The notes under the pieces: model-generated
The model's database searches: none
Told to the model about the DNA's origin: nothing
The model's input: the letters and a program-made list of their open reading frames with translations, nothing else
Assembly: GCA_012295275.1 (NCBI GenBank)
Contig: CM022667.1
Location: forward strand, 21,080,001-21,144,000
DNA from: Chrysomallon squamiferum
Taxonomy: Eukaryota > Animalia > Mollusca
Length of the DNA stretch: 64,000 nucleotides
Direction: 5' to 3'
Translations under genes and position numbers: made by a program
Part shown: one piece after another, positions 36,998 through 64,000 of the stretch
Layout: each line of letters starts with the position of its first letter
Numbering within the stretch: the stretch's first letter is position 1

Positions 36998-38562
36998 AAG
37001 AAGAAGAAAAAGAAGAAGAAGAAGAAAACGAAATAACAATTTAAGCAGCAAAATAGATTTGTAGTCACTATTTTCCCTCCGCTACAAATTCTATAAAACA
37101 TATGACGGTTTCTAGGTTAATAAGGCCTATATGGCACAAAATATTTTACTTTATCTACTATACAAGTGGTTCCTTATATATACCTTTAAATGTCTTTTCT
37201 TTCTTTTTTTCCTTCATTAAATCTGCAAATTCTTTTGCATATTTTCTATTAATTATATTTTCAGACGTGTTCAAATAAATATTATATATTTTTATTACAT
37301 AAATATTTTACCTATTTATGTTGAGTTCTTGTATATAAAAAGTAAAAGAAAGGTGTTGTATGTTACAAACTAATGCAGATATCACAATTTTCTTGGTGGG
37401 CGTTTCTCGTAGATGAGAAGCACCTGACACGTGATCGCACAGCGTGAAGAATCAGAAGCGCGTGACACATTATTTCATCACGTGACAAAGAAGAAGCGTG
37501 TGATTTATTATTTATTATTTTATTTTTATTACTTTTTATTTTTATTTTCATTACTTCAGTCAGTATCTATTAATTTAAAATAAATTCAGTGATAAATCCC
37601 TAAACATTACAAATACCCTTTATAATTTAACTAATTTGAACTATTATTATTATTATTATTATTATTAATCCTTATTATACATTATTTATTACTCTCAAAG
37701 TAGATCGGCTTTCTACTAAATAATTAAATATATAGCAAGATTCTAGCTTACTCTTTATCACAAATATCTAGAAAAAAGCGAAAATACCAGTAAATTCATT
37801 ATTACTATTAGTAGGCAGAATGAAAAACAGGAAAACTTACTTTGTTTTTTATCGAAAAGATGAGACTAACAATGAATTTCCACTGAAAATGATTATCTTA
37901 TGAAAAATACAGTTTACAAGTAAAATTTGGACGATCAAAAAGGAAAACATTAATCATCTAAATATTTGTTGTTTTTTTTTTTTCAGTTTATATAGCCATG
38001 GTACGTTTTTCATAAATCTGTACACGAAACAACGCAACAATCGTTACTAACTAATTTTAAAATCAATTAATAGAAAATGAATAAATAATAACTTGAATCT
38101 CTTACCTGAGAATAAGAAAAATAACCGTTCATCAGATTTAAACTAATATAAACTTATAGTTTGTGGTGGGCGTTTCTCTCAGCACGTGACACAAATCTTA
38201 ATCAGCAGTTCCATAGTCAACATCTATTATCAGAAGTGCACATCAATTTTACATTAACTTTAGTTCAAACTGCACCTGAACGTCTGTTGCAAATATTGCT
38301 AAATTTGATTAGTTTGATCTACGAAAAAAGGGGGTTCAATATGACGCCTACATTTATATATTTGAAAAAGTGGAAATCTGTGACTGATTGATATCTTCCA
38401 TATTCAGTATCATCTCCGTGCGTCTCACTAAGCATGAAACTTAAAAGAAATACATCTTGTAGGATTAAAGTTAATTTAAGTATCTTCTCCAGTAACTAAA
38501 CAGTACTACTGACAAATGTTTTTATTTATCAAGACACTATCTCATTAGTGATATTGATTTAC

Positions 38563-38621
<59 letters not shown>

Positions 38622-39010
38622 CGAAAGAAGAGTTTAAACACCAAAATAGATTTGTATTCAACATTTCTATTTGAAACATACGACTGTTTCTAAGTTGATA
38701 GGCCTACAAATTACTACATTATTGTACAAGCGGTGTATTAAATATATCTAAAATGTGTATCTTTTCTTGACTAAATCAGCAAATTCTATTACATATTTTC
38801 TGTCATCAAAGTTTTCTTCCTTATTTTCAGACATAAATATTGTATATTTTTGTTACATAAATATTTTACGCTTAATTTTGTGTGACAAGTTTGGTTATCT
38901 TAAAACGCGCAAAGAAAAACTGGTATCTCAAAAGAGATGTTACAAAATAATACAGTTAACGCAATTTTCTTGTTGGGCGTTTCTCGTAAAACATGATCGC
39001 AACACGTGAC
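36614..39010 (-). promoter_or_regulatory. Putative duplicated promoter / first-exon modules with CACGTG E-boxes upstream of the TRIM gene
   Basis: CACGTG at 36714, 37428, 37479, 38183 and 39003. Minus-strand CAG|gtaaga donors at 36616 and 38105 lie about 80-100 nt downstream of an E-box in each copy. Confidence 0.4.
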
Positions 39011-39122
39011 AAAGCAGAAGCGTATGACACTAGATGATAATACGTGACAAAGCAGAAGCGTATGCCACTAGATGATAATACGTGACAAAACAGAAGCGTA
39101 TGCCACTAGATGATAATACGTC
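39004..39122. repeat. 39-bp tandem repeat, 3 copies
   Basis: acgtgacaaagcagaagcgtatg(a/c)cactagatgataat repeated three times. Confidence 0.9.
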
Positions 39123-39937
39123 AAAAAATAGCTAAATTATACTGTGTTAAATAAGGCAAAGAACATCTTATCACCAACAATAATAAGAATCATAATAATA
39201 ACAGAAATAATTTAAATTTGAACAGATATTTGGCTTAGATTACACCTTTTTTTTTTTAAAGTTAAGATTAAATTACTTAAAATCAGTTTTAAGAAAAAAA
39301 AGAAAGAAAGAAAATGAAAATAACAAAGAACAGAATGGCTCCTAAGGTACAAGACAGAAAAGCTTCCATTTGAGTTTAAATAATTACAAAAGAATGTAAA
39401 TTAAATAAATAAATAAATAAATAAAAATCAACATCCTGCTTTCTGTGTGTTCAAACAAACATGTCTACTACTTAATGATAAACAGATTCCAGTGAAAAGT
39501 CTGAGGAAGCCCACTAATTGTATCCGAATCTTTGATTACTTCATCTATATAACTGACCCAGTACATCCGGATACTACATCCAGTCAGTAACCTGACTTGT
39601 GATAAAACAATTTGAACTCACATCCCAGCTAGCTATACATGTATGCATGTACAGAATGCTGTATCACCAGTGGATGGAACATCAAATAAATAACTGCAAC
39701 ACACACACATATGCGCGCGCGCACAGTCTTGTGTTTGGGTGTGTGTTTTGAATCCATGAAAAACATTTATATGAAGTAATTTGATTATGATATTAGATCA
39801 TCATATAGCATACAATACTAACAATAAAGTGAAAAAAAAAAAAAGAGAGAAAAAATCAGACATTAGCTTCAAACACCTTCAAAAGTTATTAATTTCACTT
39901 TATTGTTTCTTTCTAAAACATCTAAATTATTTATTTG

Positions 39938-39974
<37 letters not shown>

Positions 39975-41164
39975 TAATGTTTTATTTTAATTTTTGATTC
40001 GTTCCCTTTGTATCATCCATTAGTGGGTAGATTAGTAGGTATTAAGTACTGAAGTGTGTTATCTGTAGTTGCTGCAAGAATGTCTTCTGTATGGTTGATG
40101 TAGTTGCATGTGTATCTTGTATATGTTTGTTGTTGTTGCATGTTTGGTTTTTGTGTCCGGCATGATATGTTAGTTGTGTTTTGTTTGCTTTGTCCTGTAT
40201 GGCGTTTGAAATGTCTTCTTGTATATTTCCTTTGCTGTGTCTGTGCACTTTTAAAAAAAAAAAAATTATTCTGTGATTATATATTAAGTAGTTTACGATG
40301 TATTGTCTGTAGTTTCTACATTGGAATATGCAATAACAATCGAAACTATGCGTATTAAAATGTATATACAAATGTTGATTCTAATAAGGCTAAACTCATA
40401 TAAAATTCAGAGAAGTCAAATCTGAAGAAAATTATTTACAGTCAAAGGGGAATAACTCCAACCACATAAGGATTGTAATACTGAGTGTTCAGTGACGCCT
40501 TAGCAGGAAAAACAGATTTGCTACTCAGAGTAAAATAATATAAAAATATCAAAAGTTTATAAAACGCAGTATAAAGAGCTGGTTAAATTGAAATGTAAAA
40601 TTTGTTATAAAAGAAAATGTACTTTCAACAGCTTAAGTGTGCACAACCGACGCGGGCACGACACAAGACACAAGACACATTCATCCTTCCAGCCCTGCCT
40701 GTAAGAGAACAGCCAGTGTCCCACTTAATAGAAGACATTTTTGAAAACAATATATCTTAAAAAATCAGTATCAGCCCTTGCCTGTGACAGATCCAAAGCA
40801 GTCTTAGCTGCCTTAGTGTCCCAAAAATATGTCCTTGTTGGCAATATTAAAAATTTCATGTCACCATCCCAATTAAGGGATGATGTCTGTGTTAAAGTTT
40901 TGTATTTTTGTCTTCTGCAAAAAAAAAAAAACCTCGTCGGTGAAATCGCTTAATCAAAAAAAAAAAAGGATTCTCAAATATCTGCCTTCAAACTTCAAAA
41001 ATAAAATTATATAAAATTAAGAATTACATTTTTCATGAAACTGCCATGAATTTATTATAATGCTTATTGGTTTCGTATAATACGAAAAAAAAAAAAAAAA
41101 AAAAAAAATAATAAATGAAAATAAAAGTGAAAACAAAGTAAGAATTGAATTCTAAACTCTCTCT

Positions 41165-41202
<38 letters not shown>

Positions 41203-41770
41203 GGATGCCATTTTTTAGCTCATTTCAAAAAGTCTAAAAAAAAAAAAAATAATAATAATAATAATAAAAAACAACAACAACAACAAAAAAACGCCATAAA
41301 TCATTCGAGCACTGTAGCTTTAAATACCCATCCGTACCGCAAACTTTTCCCTGATTTAACTCCATTCGTCAATTCCGGTCTGAATCTGGCGGATGCACGT
41401 GAAACTCGGAGAAAAGACAGCGGTACTAAAATATGATATCATACATATTTGTTTTTATTGTCATTCAGTGATGAACAGTTTTGTCAATGTGTAGTTAGTT
41501 CTGAAAGGATTACTCTGCTCAGCAGTTTGTATGAACGAATTGGTAGGTGATATTTCTTTCTCACGTTTCAGCTGAAAATTTATTTTTGTCTGATAATGTC
41601 ACAGTGATTGTTGCACCATTGCTACAGACGATGCATGACAATTACAAATTTAGAAATTCGAATAACACACCATGAAAAACAATACACTGCACTATTAATA
41701 AGTTTGACATCGCCTTCAAATGTTATGCTAAAAAAAAAAAAAAAAAAAGTTGTAAACAAAATGTATAAAC

Positions 41771-42011
41771 TAGTGGCGTGCAGAGTGGGGTGGGGTGGGG
41801 TGAGGGACGGTGTCTCCGGTCATCCAGTCAGAGAAAAGAACTAAATAATTAGGTTGATTTATATTTATGTTTATTTTATGTTTCATCTGTGTTTACATAT
41901 TCAAAATATCTTCATTTCTTATAACATTTCTCAGTACCAGGCCTTACACTTCAGTCTTTGGGGCATACAATTAGTTGGCCCCAGGCATCACCAGACCCCT
42001 GCACGCCACTG
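41771..42011. mobile_element. Non-autonomous hAT-type MITE
   Basis: TIRs tagtggcgtgcag and ctgcacgccactg, flanked by a near-perfect 8-bp TSD gtataaac (41763-41770) / atataaac (42012-42019). Confidence 0.85.
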
Positions 42012-42894
42012 ATATAAACTGACCCGTCCAGCGTTTTCTGTGACCGAAGTGCTAGCTCATTTCTTCAGAAACTGAGTATGTACAGTGAATTACTAAACTG
42101 AAAACTAAGTGAATACTGTGACAAGAAAACCTGTGTCAAAGAGAAAAATAATTTCTACGCGTGTGAACATATCTCTATACAGTACTAGAAATTTAAACTA
42201 AACAGTTATCAAATATAAATGAAATTCATTAGTATAAATGGTACAAGTTTAATACTCTAATGGTCGATGGTGTGAGTTTTTAATTTTTAAAATATTATTT
42301 GCAATTCAACTTAAGTGATAAAATTTAAAATGTAATGCAAAACTAATGCAGTGTTTATTAAACAAATGTAATTCTATATTGATTTAAAAGTAACTTTCTA
42401 TTTCTAAAACCTTAATATTAAAATTATTGTATTGATTTATAATGTATAGTTATTGTAGTATCTGTTGTGATAAGTAATAAAAACATGCATCATTTGATTT
42501 TCACACAGAATTATAAAATCATCAGAGAATGACCCAAAGACAGCTAATAACAGTTTAAACAGTGATTTTGTTGTTGTTAATACTTGCATTTCATAACAAT
42601 TATATTTACTGGTTTATTTCTAATCACTAATCTTATATTGTTTTGGTGTTTAATGAATCAGATTATGGCCGATGGTGGTTGTTGGATTCAAATTCCTAAC
42701 TTACTTAAATTAACAAATGTAAAATATGATGTAGGCTGCTGTTATTTTTTTGTTTTGCTTTTTCATACATTTTATATATATATATGGTTTTTGTATTTAG
42801 TTATAAATTTGTTTATTTTTTAAAATATGTCAATTAATGTATATATATTTTCATAAAACATCTAAAAGGTTTGTGATTTGTTTGAGCTAATATA

Positions 42895-43112
42895 CAGTGG
42901 GGTGCAAAAGTAGGTATACAGTAGTATCACATCATTGAATTTAGTAGCACATTAAATTAGTTGGACTCATTTTTCTTATTGAGTGTCAATAACCATATTT
43001 TATTTAAATTAATAAGTATGCATGTATTTTTATATTAGCTTTTTTGTTTGAATAATAAATAGTACTGTGTTTTCTTTTTTCATAACTGTATACCTACTTT
43101 TGCACCCCTCTG
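42895..43112. mobile_element. Tc1/mariner-type MITE
   Basis: 28-bp TIRs cagtggggtgcaaaagtaggtatacagt and actgtatacctacttttgcacccctctg (one mismatch), with a TA TSD on both sides. Confidence 0.92.
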
Positions 43113-44084
43113 TATTTCTCTTATTTGAAATATGTATACATGTATGTATGTATGCATGCTTGGATGTATACATAACACAGAAATATTAATTTGTTCTATT
43201 TTTGGTGATTTCCTGCAAACACACATTGCTGCTTCTGTCTCAGCAAGTAATTTGTTTTAAAACAATAATTTATATTTAATTATTTTAACTTAAAAAAGAA
43301 CATTTGTTGTATGTGAGTGATGTTCTTGTTAGACTGGTGATATTTTCAACTTTGAAAGACAAAACATGAGATTAGTTGTTTTAGTCTGGGACTAAAAACA
43401 ATAATTAAAAAGTTTGTGAAATTGTTTATCTGTCATAAGTATGGAGGGGGGGTTTATGGTTAAACTCTGGTTCCATAAACACCTGTCAGCATGACACCAC
43501 ACAACACGGTGTTTCTCCATCAACCAGGACATTTTCTATTTTCATTTTCAAGATAATTGGGAAGGAAAAATATAAAACATTTTTCTGCATCTGACACAAA
43601 TGATTAAGTAAAGTTAAGGAAATGAAAGTGGTTTCTTTTATGATTTATTTTTTATTAACAGCAAGGAGTATATCTCCAAAATCAGGAAATGTATACCATG
43701 GTCTGTGATAATTAACTGTGACTGGAAGCTTACCAGTGAGTGAGCATCAAGGAATGAAGAATAATAATAAGCATCATAAAGTGTTGTGTACTCCAACAAG
43801 ACAGAGGTAAGTGAAGCTATTAATATATATTTGTTTTAATACTGCTGCTAATTTTCAAAATTCAACTATCATTCTTATGCTGTTAATCAAACCTCTTTAT
43901 AATACATAGGCTATATCAATTGGTATGTACAGTATATTGTTATATATAGTCCATGTTATTTATATTGCTTTGCAGACAGTCACTGTTCTCAAGTTTGTTT
44001 ATGGATAGTAAGAATCAATTTTGATCATGATTATAATAAATTAGTAATGTGAGGCCTGTTACCTAATAATATTAAAACTTCAAC

Positions 44085-64000
<19,916 letters not shown>

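Larger units (their letters stand above)
36140..39122. repeat. Tandem ~1.5 kb duplication (about 36140-37500 and 37640-39122)
   Basis: Collinear anchors: cactgaaaat 36421/37881, tcttacctga 36611/38100, gggcgtttct..cagcacgtgac 36699/38168, aatagatttgta 37052/38645 and aattttcttg.tgggcgtttctcgta 37387/38963. Confidence 0.85.

Noticed and set aside
40380-40960. Possible SINE or Helentron-type repeat (aaaggggaataactc motif)
   Set aside because: No boundaries, TSD or Pol III boxes could be established by eye.

Overview
AT-rich eukaryotic genomic DNA, probably a marine invertebrate (lophotrochozoan/mollusc-like, inferred from gene content and TTAGGG-like repeats). No prokaryotic features, CRISPR arrays, rRNA or tRNA were seen. 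The first 44 kb is a patchwork of gene pieces, mostly on the minus strand, plus local duplications. It holds: a TRIM gene (RING, two B-boxes, coiled coil, filamin repeat) that splices in frame to a B30.2/SPRY-like exon split by one in-frame TAA; four spliceable HSPA14-like exons with a truncated antisense TSSK-like kinase ORF inside one intron; a three-exon pseudogene with three in-frame stops; six tandem last-exon-like cassettes; degraded hAT and LINE elements; two intact MITEs; two fold-back structures; and several minisatellites. The last 20 kb (44085-64000) is a CA-rich satellite whose unit changes along its length and which contains a 200-N assembly gap; the long ORFs there are artefacts. 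All homology calls are from motif recognition by eye, not database searches.
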